From an uncultured delta proteobacterium (GTDB taxonomy: Bacteria; Myxococcota; Myxococcia; Myxococcales; Anaeromyxobacteraceae), in contig CAVYBH010000013.1 in the NCBI GenBank assembly GCA_963766715.1, forward strand, positions 128,001 to 192,000: a stretch of 64,000 nt of DNA. The letters are read 5' to 3'. Below are positions 21,554 to 32,545 of this stretch, piece by piece; within the stretch, counting starts at the first letter, position 1, and each line of letters begins with the position of its first letter. The notes under the pieces are model-generated. The model ran no database searches and had not been told where the DNA came from. It saw only the letters and a program-made list of their open reading frames with translations. A program made the translations under genes and the position numbers.

Positions 21554-24266
21554 CTAGTCCAGCGACGGCCGGATCTCCTCGAGCTCGTAGGCGTCGAAGA
21601 CGTCGCCCACCTTGAAGTCGGAGAAGTTCTCGATGCCGATGCCGCACTCGAAGCCGGCCTGGACTTCCTTCACGTCGTCCTTGATCCGGCGGAGCGAGGC
21701 GATCTTCCCGCTGTGGACGACCTTCCGGTCGCGCAGGACGCGGACGTGGGCGCCGCGCTTGATGACGCCCTCGGTGACCGCCGACCCGGCGATGGTGCCG
21801 GCCCGCGGGATGTTGAAGACCGCGCGGCACCTCGGCCTTGCCGAGCGGCTTCTCCTTGATGATCGGATCGAGCAGCCCCACCATCTCCTCGCGGATCGTG
21901 TCGGCCGCCTCGTAGATGATGTCGAAGAGGAAGATCTTCACGCTCTGCTGGCTGGCAATCTGCTCGACCTTGGTCTCGGGCTTGGTGTGGAAGCCCACGA
22001 TGATGCCCTTGCCCGCCGCGGCGGTGAGGACGTCGGACTCGGTGACCGCGCCCACGCCGGAGTCGAGGACGTTGACCTTGACCTTGCGCGTGGAGAGCTT
22101 GGTGAGCGCCTGCGAGACGGCCTCGGACGAGCCCTGGACGTCGGCCTTGACGACCACGTTCAGCTCCTTGGCGCCGCCCGGCTTGGACTTGGCGAAGAGG
22201 TCCTCGAGGGTGGCCCGCTTGACCGATCCCAGCTCCTTGGCCCGGGCCTTCTCGGCGCGGTGGCCGGCGACCTCCTTGGCGGACTTCTCGTCGGAGACGA
22301 CGTTGAAGTCGTCGCCGGCGGTGGGCACGCCGGAGAGCCCGAGGACCTCGACCGGGTAGCCGGGGAGGACCTCCTTCACCTGCTCGCCGCGCTCGTTCAT
22401 CATCGCGCGGACCTTGCCGTAGTGACTGCCGGTGACCATGGCGTCGCCGACCCGCAGCGTGCCCTCCTGGACCAGCACGGTGGCCACGGGGCCGCGCCCC
22501 TTCTCGAGCTTGGCCTCGATGATCACGCCGGAGGAGACCTGCTCCGGGTTCGACTTGAGGTCGAGCACCTCGGCCTGCAGGGCGATGTACTCGAGCAGCT
22601 CGGGGAGCCCCTGCTTCGTGCGGGCCGACACCGGCATCATGATGGTCGTGCCGCCCCACTGCTCGGGCACCATCTCGTACTCGGTGAGCTGCTGCATGAC
22701 GCGCTCGGGCGTGGCGCCCGGCTTGTCGATCTTGTTGATGGCCACGAGCACCGTCACGCCGGCTGCCTTGGCGTGCTTGATGGCCTCGATGGTCTGCGGC
22801 ATGACGCCGTCGTCGGCGGCCACCACCAGCACCACCAGGTCGGTGACCTGGGCCCCGCGCTGCCGCATGGCCGTGAAGGCCTCGTGGCCGGGCGTGTCGA
22901 GGAAGGTGATGGGACCGTGGGTGGTCTGCACCGAGTAGGCGCCGATGTGCTGGGTGATGCCGCCGGCCTCCCCGGCCGCCACGTCCGCCTTGCGGATGGC
23001 GTCGAGCAGCGAGGTCTTGCCGTGGTCGACGTGGCCCATGACGGTCACGACGGGCGGGCGGTTGACCAGCTTCGACTCGTCCTCGGCGACCTCGGGGATG
23101 AACTCCTCGACCTCGAAGCCCTTCTTCTCGACGGTGAAGCCGAAGTCGGTGGCCAGGAGCGCGGCCGTGTCGGCGTCGATCTGCTGGTTGATGGTGGCCA
23201 TGGTGCCGCCGACCATCAGCTTCCGGATCAGGTCGGAGGCCTTCACGCCCATGGCCTGCGAGAGCGCCGAGACGCTGATCGACTCCTCGATCCGGATCAC
23301 CTTCTTGTGCTCGGCGCGCTCGGTCACCTGCGTCTTCGATCCCTTCTTGATGGGCTTCTTCTTCTTGCCGCGGACGGGCACGAAGGACCGATCGGTCATG
23401 GCCGTCGCGAGCAGGTCCTTGGGGGTGAGCGACTTGTCGGCCTCGCCACCCGGGCGCCCGGTGCCGCGGCGCTTCTTGTCCTTGGAGACGTCGATGAACT
23501 CGCGCTCGCGCCCGAGGCTGCCGGGGACGACCTTCAGCTCGCGGACCTCGCCGAGCGCCCGGGGGCCGGGGGCGGCGGGGTAGTTGCCGCGCGCCGACGT
23601 GGGCGGCGTGACCCGGCGGACCGGCGTGGTCGGACGGGAGATGACCACCGCCTGGGTGGAGGTCGGACGGAGCGTCCGGGGATCCGGGCCCGGCCGGTGG
23701 ACCGTGGGGGCCGTGGGGGTCGTGGCTGCCATGGGTGCGCGAGGTGCGGCCGGAGGTGCGTGGACCGCCGGACGGGGCGGCGCCGCCGGGGCCGGGGTGG
23801 CCGCCGGTGCGTGCGTGGGGGGCGTGGTCTCGGACGGCGGCGCGTCGGGAGAGGGCTGCGCCTCGGCCGCCGGAGCGGCCTCCTCGGCCGGGGCGGCCTC
23901 GGCCGCGACGGGCTCGGCGGCCTCCTGCTGCTCCGCCTCGAGGGGGGCCTCGTCCTCGTACTCGCCCTCCTCCTCCTCGGGAGCGGCTGCCTCCTCGACG
24001 GGGGCGGCCACCGGCGTGGGCTCGACGTGGGCGCGCTTGCGCACCACGAAGCCCGGGCCGGTGGGGCGCGGAGCGGCGGCCTTGGGCTTCCGCTCGGCGA
24101 CGATCCGCTCGTAGGCGGACTGGCACTGGTCCTCCTCGAGCGACGAGGAGTGGCTCTTCACGTCGTAACCCAGGGCGTGGAGCTTCTCGACGAGCTCCTG
24201 ATTCGAGAGCTCGATCCCCGCCTCCTTGAGCTGCTTGCCCAGCTCGTGCACGCGCTTCTTCGACAT
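21554..24266 (-). CDS. infB: Translation initiation factor IF-2 (apparent frameshift near 21826)
   Basis: [25 protein letters not shown]-terminus [12 protein letters not shown] in a shifted frame. Confidence 0.97.
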
Positions 24267-24278
24267 GGAACCTGTCTC

Positions 24279-24539
24279 CTAAACCCTGCCGCCGTTGCCC
24301 GTCAACTGCTCACGGAGCCGCGATTCGTCCACTGCCACGGGCGCCCGGAACGCCCTTGCAAAGCCCTTGCGCTTCACCGCGCGGGCCAGGCAGGCGCCCC
24401 CGGAATGAATCCATGCACCGCGGCCGTCCCCGTGCTCCCGGTCGACGGCGACGCCGCCCTCGACCAGGCGCAGGCGCACGAGTGCCGTCGCGGGCAGCTT
24501 CTCCCCGCATCCGACGCACGTGCGCTCCGGAGTCGCCAT
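24279..24539 (-). CDS. ylxR: YlxR/DUF448 RNA-binding protein
   Basis: PERTCVGC, GRGAWI, FARAFR; between nusA and infB. Confidence 0.9.
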   Translation of the reverse strand: MATPERTCVGCGEKLPATALVRLRLVEGGVAVDREHGDGRGAWIHSGGACLARAVKRKGFARAFRAPVAVDESRLREQLTGNGGRV

Positions 24540-24541
24540 CG

Positions 24542-26206
24542 CTAGACCGGCGACCCCGTCCCGCGGCTCTTCTCGGAGTCGAGCTCGTCCCGCAGCCGCT
24601 TCTCCTCGTCGAGGTAGATGCCCACGGCGTGCTTGATCTGCCGGGCCTTCTTGATGCCCAGGTCCGTCGAGTCGGCCAGCTTGTTCACGTCGGGCTCGGC
24701 GTGGATGGCCTCCACGGTCCCGTAGCCGGCGGCCTTGAGCTGCTCGATGGTCTTCTCGCCCACCCCGCGGACGCGGGCCATGCGCTCCTCCTGGGAGAGG
24801 TCGCTGGGGTGGCGGCGCGCCTCGGCGATGCGGGCGGCCTCGCGCTCCTGCTCGAGCCGGATCTCCTCCTCGGCGTCGACGATGGCCTGCTCCCGCGCCC
24901 GCTTCTGCAGCGCCGGGATCATGTCCATGTCGAAGCCGGGGAACTGCGTGAGCATCTCGGCCGACGCGTTCGCGACGTCCTGCGACTTGCGGAACCCGTG
25001 GGCGTACAGCATCTCCTGCGTCGCCTCGGGGATGTCGATGGCGGTGAAGCTGCGGGTCGCGAACTCGCGCATCTCCTTCACGCGCGACTCGCTGTTGATG
25101 TCGAGCTTCCACCCGGTGAGCTGGGAGGCGAGGCGCACGTTCTGGCCGCGGCGCCCGATGGCCAGCGAGAGCTGGTCGTCGGGGACGATGATCTCCATGG
25201 CCCGGTTCTGCTCGTCGAGCAGCACGCGGGAGACCTCGGCGGGCGCCAGCGCGTTGCAGACGAAGCGGGCCGGATCCTCGTGCCAGGGGACGATGTCGAT
25301 CTTCTCGCCGCGGAGCTCCTGGACGACGGCCTGGACGCGGCTGCCCTTCATGCCGACGCAGGCGCCGACCGGGTCGACGTCGCTGTCGCGCGACGACACG
25401 GCGATCTTGGCCCGCCCACCCGGCTCGCGGGCGGCGGCCTCGATGACCACCACGCCCTCGGCGATCTCCGGGACCTCCATCTCGAAGAGCTTGCGGAGCA
25501 GCTCGACCGAGGCGCGGGACAGGATGATCTGCGGCCCGCGCGACTCGCGGAGCACGTCGAAGACGTAGGCCTGGATGCGGTCGCCGGCCCGGTAGCTCTC
25601 GCGGGGAACCTGCTCGCGCACCGGGAGGACGGCCTCGGCGCGTCCCAGGTCGACGATGACGTTGCCGCGCTCGAACCGGCGGACGATCCCGGTGATGACC
25701 TCGCCCTTGCGGTCCTTGTACTCGTTGAAGATGTTCTCGCGCTCGGCGTTGCGCGTGCCCTGGATCATGACCTGCTTGGCGGTCTGGGCGGCGATGCGGC
25801 CGAAGCTGCGGCGGTAGGTCTTGAGCTTGAGGAGGTCGCCCCACTGCTCGTCCTGGGCGCGGGCCAGGGCCTCGTCGTCCGGGCTGTAGTAGATGGGGAA
25901 GTCGAGCTCGTCGCCGGGCTCCACCTCGATGCCCTTCTCGTGTGCGAACGAGACCGGGATCATGTTCACCGGGTCGGGCAGCGGGTTCTCCTCGGTCGGG
26001 TCGTCGACGATGGTCAGGACCTGGAAGGTGTCGACCTTCCCGCGGTCCTCGTCGAAGTGGGCCTTGAGCGCCCGCTCCATGCCGAAGTGCTTCTTGGCGG
26101 CGGTGGCGATGGCCTCCTCGAGGATCGCGACGAGCGTCCCCCGGTCGATGCCCTTGTCCTTCGCGACCTGGTCCAGGATCAGGCTCAGATTGACGTTCGG
26201 CTGCAT
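24542..26206 (-). CDS. nusA: Transcription factor NusA with C-terminal extension
   Basis: [13 protein letters not shown]1/KH domains, [28 protein letters not shown]. Confidence 0.97.
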   Translation of the reverse strand: MQPNVNLSLILDQVAKDKGIDRGTLVAILEEAIATAAKKHFGMERALKAHFDEDRGKVDTFQVLTIVDDPTEENPLPDPVNMIPVSFAHEKGIEVEPGDELDFPIYYSPDDEALARAQDEQWGDLLKLKTYRRSFGRIAAQTAKQVMIQGTRNAERENIFNEYKDRKGEVITGIVRRFERGNVIVDLGRAEAVLPVREQVPRESYRAGDRIQAYVFDVLRESRGPQIILSRASVELLRKLFEMEVPEIAEGVVVIEAAAREPGGRAKIAVSSRDSDVDPVGACVGMKGSRVQAVVQELRGEKIDIVPWHEDPARFVCNALAPAEVSRVLLDEQNRAMEIIVPDDQLSLAIGRRGQNVRLASQLTGWKLDINSESRVKEMREFATRSFTAIDIPEATQEMLYAHGFRKSQDVANASAEMLTQFPGFDMDMIPALQKRAREQAIVDAEEEIRLEQEREAARIAEARRHPSDLSQEERMARVRGVGEKTIEQLKAAGYGTVEAIHAEPDVNKLADSTDLGIKKARQIKHAVGIYLDEEKRLRDELDSEKSRGTGSPV

Positions 26207-26208
26207 GG

Positions 26209-26721
26209 CTACTCCTTCCTCCTCAGATCGGCTTCGAGGTCGTACTCGAGGTTGGCCTTCGCGACCCGGTCGGCGGGGATGCGATGGACCTTGCCGTCCA
26301 CCTCGATCTCCACCGCACCGTCCCGGAATCCGCGAAGCGTCCCCGACCACTGCTTGCGGGGCGGAAGCCCCGGTGCACTCTCCAGCGGACCGAAGGCCTT
26401 CACCTTGGCCCGCTGACCAGCAAATCTCTGAAAATCCTCGGGCTTCCGCATCGGCCGGTCGACGCCGGGGGAGCTCACCTCGAGGCTGTAGGCCGGCTCG
26501 ATGAAGTCCTCGACGTCGAGGATCGTCTCGACCAGCCGCGACACCGCCTGGCAGTCGTCGATCCCGACCCCGCCCGGCTTGTCCACGTAGAGCCGCAGGA
26601 CCCAGGCGCCGCCCTCGCGAAGCCACTCGGCCTCGACGAGCTCGTAGCCCTCGCGCGCGAGCACGGGCTCGAGGAGCTTTCGCGCGCGCTCCGCGACGGA
26701 TTCCTGTGTGATTCCTGTCAT
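26209..26721 (-). CDS. rimP: Ribosome maturation factor RimP
   Basis: LRLYVDK, IDDC, YSLEVSSPGVDRP. Confidence 0.96.
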   Translation of the reverse strand: MTGITQESVAERARKLLEPVLAREGYELVEAEWLREGGAWVLRLYVDKPGGVGIDDCQAVSRLVETILDVEDFIEPAYSLEVSSPGVDRPMRKPEDFQRFAGQRAKVKAFGPLESAPGLPPRKQWSGTLRGFRDGAVEIEVDGKVHRIPADRVAKANLEYDLEADLRRKE

Positions 26722-26734
26722 GGCTCCAGAAATG

Positions 26735-26764
26735 AAAAAAGTGGGCGCTACGGCGGCCCACTTT
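26735..26764 (-). promoter_or_regulatory. rimP leader hairpin/attenuator
   Basis: AAAGTGGGC-N9-GCCCACTTTTTT on the minus strand, ending 13 nt before the rimP ATG. Confidence 0.75.
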
Positions 26765-26808
26765 CGAGTCCCGGCTACCCGGGGGCGAAAATGTGGGGTG
26801 GTCGTAAC

Positions 26809-27609
26809 CTAGGGGGCCCCCATAGTCAAGGAGGGCCGGGGGGCGGGGCGGAGGCTCCAGCGGAGGAGGGACGCGCCCACGGCGAGGACGGAAAGGCCCA
26901 GGATCCCGAAACTTACGGGGTCCCGGAGGAGCGGTCCGGCGAGGGCCGGGAGAGCCAGGACGACCCCGTTCGCGACGGCGTGACCGAGGAGCGGCAGGGC
27001 GAGGTTGCCAGAGGCGGCCATGAGCCACGAAAGGAAGACCCCTGCGGCGAGCGTGAAGGTCACCTGCACCGGGTTCGTGTGGATGGCGGCGAAGAGCGCA
27101 GCCGAGAGGAGGATGGCCGTCCAGCGCCGGTAGGCCAGGAGGAAGCCGCCCAGGAGCACCCCACGGAACATCGTCTCCTCGGTGAGCGGGGCGACGAGGA
27201 CGGCCTTCACGAAAGGGGCGGTGGCCAGCTGGGCCACGAGGGGGTTCTCGCCTCGCGGGAGGAACGCCGCGACCGAGGCGAGGAGGCCGAGGTTCGCGAG
27301 CTGCAGCCCGGCGACCGAGACGGCGACGAGGAGTGACGCCCACGCCGAAGGCGGGCGAACCGGGAGCACGACGCGCCAGGGACGACCCGTCAGTCGCTTC
27401 CCGAGCCAGACCACCGACAACGCGGAGGCGGCGGAGATCGCGATTGAGACTGCGGCAGCCCACGGAGAGCCGGGCCAGGACCGTTCGATGCCTCCGGCGA
27501 ACATTCCTCCTAGGTTTCTCGCGACCAGGAACAGGACCCACAGCACGATCCCCTGCCCGAGCGTCGGGAGGAATGGCGTGTCGCCCGTGTGGCCCGCAGG
27601 GCGTTCCAT
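26809..27609 (-). CDS. CPBP (Abi/CAAX) intramembrane metalloprotease
   Basis: APLTEETMFRG, FAAIH, HAVAN motifs; multiple TM helices. Confidence 0.88.
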   Translation of the reverse strand: MERPAGHTGDTPFLPTLGQGIVLWVLFLVARNLGGMFAGGIERSWPGSPWAAAVSIAISAASALSVVWLGKRLTGRPWRVVLPVRPPSAWASLLVAVSVAGLQLANLGLLASVAAFLPRGENPLVAQLATAPFVKAVLVAPLTEETMFRGVLLGGFLLAYRRWTAILLSAALFAAIHTNPVQVTFTLAAGVFLSWLMAASGNLALPLLGHAVANGVVLALPALAGPLLRDPVSFGILGLSVLAVGASLLRWSLRPAPRPSLTMGAP

Positions 27610-27849
27610 GAAGTGGGGAGTATACCGTCCGTCACGCGGACCTCGGCCAGGTGGGGCGTAAGGAAGCGCTGCCCTTGACGCGTTTCCGGTGGGTTTCGAT
27701 CCCGTCGATTGGGGTGGCGCGGGAAGGCGCTCCTCGACGCCGCAGCTCGCTCCAGAAGCGCGAATGGGGTTCGTGGCGAGGGTCGAGATCTCCGCGCGAG
27801 GGCGCGCCGCCGTGGCCATCCCCGTGCGTTTCCGGAGGCCCGGAATTCG

Positions 27850-28880
27850 CATGAGACAGTGGATGCCATGAACGAAGATACCAACTCTGCCGTCACCTCC
27901 GTCACGCCCACGCTTCCTCCCGCCGCCTCGCCGACCTTCTGCGCCGGGAACACTCGGCCCTGGCCGACTTCCTGGTCGCCCTCGCCGAGTTCGACCGACG
28001 GGCGGCTTCCGGAGCCTCGGCTACGCGAACGTCTTCGACTACCTCCACCGGGAGCTCGGCCTGTCTCGAGGCGCGGCGCACTACCGGCAGGTCGCGGCGC
28101 GACTCGTGGCCCGCTTCCCGGAGGTCGATGGAGCCGCTCCGCGATGGGCGGCTGTGCCTCTCGTCCGTGCTGGAGCTATCGAAGGTGATCACGGGTGAGA
28201 ACCGGTACGATGTCCTGCCGCGGTTCTTCCATCTCTCCCGGGAGGAGGCGAAGGCCGTCGCCGTGGAGATCGCTCCGGCGATGGTGATTCCGCGGAGGAC
28301 GGTCGTCACACCGCTGCCGTGGTTCGAGCCGGTGCGACGTGCAGAAACCGGTCCCAATGAATTCAGCGGCTTCGCGTTCATCGGGTGAACTGCGGCTCCC
28401 CCGGAAGCGCCCCGGAGCGCTGGTCGAGCCGCTCACGCGCGACGCGCAGACCGTCTCCACCTCACGGTCTCGCGGGCACTGCTCGTCAAGTTGTAGCGAG
28501 GGCGCAGTGCCGGCCAGGCACACGTCCACGCCGGGCGCCTCCGACGAACAGGTCATCGAGGCGGCACTGGATCTGCTGCTCGCCCAGCAGGAGAAGCGCC
28601 GGGCGGCCGTGCCCCCGAAGGTGAAGCGGGAGGTGATGGAGCGGGACGGGGGGAAGTGCACGTGGCCCCTGGCCTCGGGAGGGGTGTGTGGCTCGGAAAC
28701 GAGGCTCGAGATCGACCACGTGGTTCCACGCGGGAAGGGCGGTCCATCCGCGGCGGGGAACTGCAGGGTCCTCTGCCGGGCCCACAACCTGGAGGCGGCG
28801 CGGAGAGAATACGGGGACGAGGTGATGGACCGCTTCGCGCCGAGGAATCCCGTCGCGGGAGAAGCCTGCGCCCTCTACTT
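27850..28880 (+). pseudogene. Multiply frameshifted HNH endonuclease-family gene (boundaries approximate)
   Basis: Fragments RLADLLRREHSALADFLVALAEFD / GYANVFDYLHRELGLS / EPLRDGRLCLS / RLHLTVS / REVMERDGGKC..C..EIDHVVP..GG...NCRVLCRAHN spread over three frames. Confidence 0.8.
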
Positions 28881-29645
28881 CGCGGAAGGCGCCGCCAGGC
28901 CCAGGAGCCACTCCCGGTTTCCCGCCGGTCCGGCGATGGGCGACTCGGCGTGGCCGAGCACCTCGAAGCCGAGCTCGCGCGCCGCCGCCTCGACCCCGTG
29001 CAACGCCGAGAGCCTCTTCCCATCCTCCCGGACCACCCCGCCCTTCCCCACCTCGCCCTTCCCCACCTCGAACTGGGGCTTCACGAGCACGATGGCCCGG
29101 CCGCCGGGCCGCAAGAGCGCCTTCACGGCCGGCAGCACCAGCCGCAGCGAGATGAAGGACAGATCGCCGACCACCAGGTCCACGTCCTCGCCGAGCGCGC
29201 CGGCCTCGAGGAGCCGCGCGTTGACGCGCTCGTGGACCACGACGCGTGGATCGCCGCGCAGCTTCGGATGGAGCTGCCCGTAGCCGACGTCGACCGCGTG
29301 GACCCGCGCGGCCCCCCGCTGGAGGAGCAGGTCGGTGAAGCCGCCGGTCGAGGCGCCCAGGTCGGCGCAGACCTTCCCGGCCGGATCGACGGGGAGCACC
29401 TCGAGCGCCTTCTCCAGCTTGAGCGCGCCGCGGGAGACGTACTTCTGCGGCGCCGCGCCCTCCTTGATCCGGAGGGCGACCTCGGGGTCGAGGAGCTGCC
29501 CGGGCTTCTCCACCCGGGTCTCGCCGGTGGCGGGGTCCCCGGCCACCACCGCACCGGCCATGACGAGGGCCTGGGCCTGGGTTCGCGACGTGGCGAGCCC
29601 GCGCTCCACGAGCAGGAGGTCGGCGCGCTGGCGGCGGACGGCCAC
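28875..29645 (-). CDS. tlyA: TlyA-family rRNA methyltransferase
   Basis: S4 domain, YVSRGALKL, DLGASTGGFTD, DLSFISL, VKPQFE, GPAGNRE. Confidence 0.96.
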   Translation of the reverse strand: MAVRRQRADLLLVERGLATSRTQAQALVMAGAVVAGDPATGETRVEKPGQLLDPEVALRIKEGAAPQKYVSRGALKLEKALEVLPVDPAGKVCADLGASTGGFTDLLLQRGAARVHAVDVGYGQLHPKLRGDPRVVVHERVNARLLEAGALGEDVDLVVGDLSFISLRLVLPAVKALLRPGGRAIVLVKPQFEVGKGEVGKGGVVREDGKRLSALHGVEAAARELGFEVLGHAESPIAGPAGNREWLLGLAAPSAK

Positions 29646-29654
29646 GGGCGGGCG

Positions 29655-31574
29655 CTAGCCGGCGCTCCGCCCGACGACGGCCCGGTCGCCCACGAGCGCC
29701 CGCGCGGCCGCGGCGATCCCGGCGGCGTCGATGCCCAGCTCGGCGCGCTGCCTGGCCGCGTCACCGTGGGTGATGAAGGCGTCGGGGATGCCGAGGCGCC
29801 TCACCGCGATGCCCTTCTCGACGAGACCGGCCCGCTCGAAGGCCTCGAGGCAGGCCGACCCGAAGCCGCCGGCGAGCGCGTTCTCCTCGACGGTGACCAC
29901 GCGCCGGGCCTGGGCGGCCAGCCCGCAGATGGTCTCCTCGTCGAGGGGCTTCACGAACCGTGCATCGACCACCGCGGCCTCGATCCCGGTCTCGGCGAGC
30001 GCCTCGGCGGCGGCCATCGCGGCGTGGACCGGGGTGCCGGCGGCGACGAGGAGCACGTCGGGCTTGCCGGCCGGCTTGCGGAGCACGCGCGACTTCCCGA
30101 TGTCCACCGGCTGCGGCGACGGATCGATCGGCAGCCCCACCGAGTTCCCGCGCGGGAACCGGAAGGCCACCGGGCCGTCGTGGTGGAGGGAGGTGGCCAG
30201 CGCGACGCGCAGCTCGTTCTCGTCGGACGGCGCCATCACCACCAGGTTGGGGACGAGGCGCAGGTACGAGAGGTCGAAGGCCCCCTGGTGCGTCTTGCCG
30301 TCGGCCCCCACCAGTCCGCCCCGGTCGAGCGCGAAGGCCACCGGCAGGCGCTGCAGGGCCACGTCGTGGATGATCTGGTCGTAGGCGCGCTGCAGGAAGG
30401 TGGAGTAGATGGCCACCACCGGACGCACCCCCTCGCAGGCCAGGCCGGCCGCGAAGGTGACCGCGTGCTGCTCGGCGATTCCCACGTCGTAGGTGCGGTC
30501 GGGGAAGCGCTGCTGGCACTTGATGAGGCCGGTTCCCTCCAGCATGGCCGCGGTGATGGCGACGACCCTCGGGTCCTGCTCCATCTGCTCGCAGAGCGCG
30601 TCGGCGAAGAGGTCGGTGTAGGCCCGGGGAGCGGCCTTCTTGGCGATGGGCTTGCCCGTCGCGACGTCGAAGAAGGAGAGGCCGTGACCGCGGGTGGCCT
30701 TGTCCGACTCGGCCGGGTGGTAGCCCTTCCCCTTGGTGGTGATGGCGTGGACCAGCACCGGGCCGTCGATCTCGCGGAGCTTCGAGAAGCTGCGCACCAG
30801 CTCCTGGACGTCGTGCCCGTCCACCGGCCCCACGTACTGGAAGCCCATGCCCTCGAAGAGGATCCCGGGCGTGATGAGCGCCTTGGTGGCGTCGATGCCG
30901 TGACGGACCGCCTCGATGGCCTGCTCGCCCTTCGGCATGTGCCGCAGGAAGTCCTTCACCGAGCGCCGCCAGCGGTTGTAGGTGCGGGAGGCGAACTTCT
31001 TCGAGAACCACTCCGAGAGCGCGCCCACGTTGGGCGAGATGGACATCTCGTTGTCGTTCAGGACCACCAGGAAGTTGCGCTGCAGGTAGCCGGCCTGGTT
31101 CAGCCCCTCGAAGGCCACGCCGCCGGTCAGGGCGCCGTCGCCGACCACGGCCACGACGCGCCCCGGGAGGCCGAGACGCAGCTTGCCCTCGACCATGCCC
31201 ACCCCCGCGCTCACCGCGGTGGAGGCGTGCCCCACGCCGAAGGCGTCATGGGCGGACTCGTCCCGCTCCGGGAAGCCGGCCAGCCCACCCTCGGTGCGGA
31301 TGGTGCGGAAGCGGTCCCGCCGCCCGGTGACGAGCTTGTGGGCGTAGGCCTGGTGCCCGACGTCCCAGACGATCCGGTCGGTGGGCGACTCGAAGACGTA
31401 ATGGAGCGCGACGTTGATCTCGACGGCGCCCAGCGACGAGCCCAGGTGGCCGCCGGTGCGGGCGCAGGTCTCGATGATCTCGTCGCGGATCTCCTGGCAG
31501 ACCTGGGGCAGCTGTTCCGGGGCGAGCTTCTTGAGATCCGCCGGGGAGTCGATCGCGTCGAGAAGTCGTGCCAT
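29655..31574 (-). CDS. dxs: 1-deoxy-D-xylulose-5-phosphate synthase
   Basis: GGHLGSSLG, WDVGHQAY, GDGALTGG, GIAEQHAV, YSTFLQRAYDQ. Confidence 0.98.
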   Translation of the reverse strand: MARLLDAIDSPADLKKLAPEQLPQVCQEIRDEIIETCARTGGHLGSSLGAVEINVALHYVFESPTDRIVWDVGHQAYAHKLVTGRRDRFRTIRTEGGLAGFPERDESAHDAFGVGHASTAVSAGVGMVEGKLRLGLPGRVVAVVGDGALTGGVAFEGLNQAGYLQRNFLVVLNDNEMSISPNVGALSEWFSKKFASRTYNRWRRSVKDFLRHMPKGEQAIEAVRHGIDATKALITPGILFEGMGFQYVGPVDGHDVQELVRSFSKLREIDGPVLVHAITTKGKGYHPAESDKATRGHGLSFFDVATGKPIAKKAAPRAYTDLFADALCEQMEQDPRVVAITAAMLEGTGLIKCQQRFPDRTYDVGIAEQHAVTFAAGLACEGVRPVVAIYSTFLQRAYDQIIHDVALQRLPVAFALDRGGLVGADGKTHQGAFDLSYLRLVPNLVVMAPSDENELRVALATSLHHDGPVAFRFPRGNSVGLPIDPSPQPVDIGKSRVLRKPAGKPDVLLVAAGTPVHAAMAAAEALAETGIEAAVVDARFVKPLDEETICGLAAQARRVVTVEENALAGGFGSACLEAFERAGLVEKGIAVRRLGIPDAFITHGDAARQRAELGIDAAGIAAAARALVGDRAVVGRSAG

Positions 31575-31577
31575 GGC

Positions 31578-32480
31578 TCACTTCCTCCGGGAGACGACGA
31601 AGCGCACCAGCGCGCGCAGCGCCTCCCCCCTGGCTCCCAGCCCGGACAGGGCCTGGAGCGCTTCCTCACAGTAATCGTCGGCCCGCTTCCGCGCTTCCCC
31701 CACCCCCAGGAGCGCAGGCAGGGTGGCCTTCCCCGCGGCGGCGTCCTTGCCCGCCCGCTTCCCGAGGTCGGCCGTGGTGGCGGTCAGGTCGAGCAGGTCG
31801 TCGGCGATCTGGAAGGCGAGCCCCAGCTTCAGCCCGGCCGGCCGGAGCCCCTGGTCGCTGCCCGTGGCGGCGATCGCGCCGCCCACCACCGAGGCGGCCA
31901 GCAGCGCGCCGGTCTTGCGGGACTGGAGGTCCAGCACGCCCTCGAGGTCCGGACGCCGCGTCTCGGCCTCCAGGTCGAGCGACTGCCCCTCGACCATGCG
32001 CGTGGCGCCCGAGGCGAGGAGCAGGGCGAGGCGCGCCGGCCGCCCGTCCTCGGGTTGCAGAGGCTCGGCCGGACCCCCGAGCAGGTGCTCGAAGGCGAGC
32101 GACTGCAAGGCGTCGCCCGCCAGGACCGCGGTGGCGTCGTCGAACGCCTTGTGGACGGTGGGGCGCCCGCGCCGCAGGTCGTCGTCGTCCATGCAGGGCA
32201 GGTCGTCGTGGACGAGGGAGTAGGTGTGGATCATCTCCAGCGCGCAGCCGAAGCGGAGGGGCAGCGTGCCCTCCCCGGTCGGCGCGCCGAAGGCCTCGGC
32301 GGTGGCGCAGACGAGCGCCGGACGGAGCCGCTTCCCCCCGCCGAGCAGGGCGTACTCGATGGCCTCCCAGAGCCGGGCCGGGCCGGTGCGCGCACCGTCC
32401 TCGGCGGCGCGGCGAAGCTCGGCTTCCACGCGTCCCGCCACGCCGGCGAGGTAGGGATCGAGGGCGAAGGGCGCCGTCAC
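31578..32480 (-). CDS. ispA: Polyprenyl (farnesyl/geranylgeranyl) diphosphate synthase
   Basis: GGKRLRP, HDDLPCMDDDDLRRGRP, FQIADDLLD. Confidence 0.94.
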   Translation of the reverse strand: MTAPFALDPYLAGVAGRVEAELRRAAEDGARTGPARLWEAIEYALLGGGKRLRPALVCATAEAFGAPTGEGTLPLRFGCALEMIHTYSLVHDDLPCMDDDDLRRGRPTVHKAFDDATAVLAGDALQSLAFEHLLGGPAEPLQPEDGRPARLALLLASGATRMVEGQSLDLEAETRRPDLEGVLDLQSRKTGALLAASVVGGAIAATGSDQGLRPAGLKLGLAFQIADDLLDLTATTADLGKRAGKDAAAGKATLPALLGVGEARKRADDYCEEALQALSGLGARGEALRALVRFVVSRRK

Positions 32481-32545
32481 GGGTCGCTTCTACCACAAGC
32501 CCGCGCCGCGAACCCCCTCGACCCGGGTGCTTCCCGCGCGGGGGA

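Noticed and set aside
23690..24020. Pro/Ala/Glu-rich low-complexity stretch
   Set aside because: Ordinary variable N-terminal linker of IF-2.
27850..28880. HNH gene as an IscB/Cas9-like RNA-guided nuclease
   Set aside because: No RuvC motifs or PLMP N-terminus are visible.
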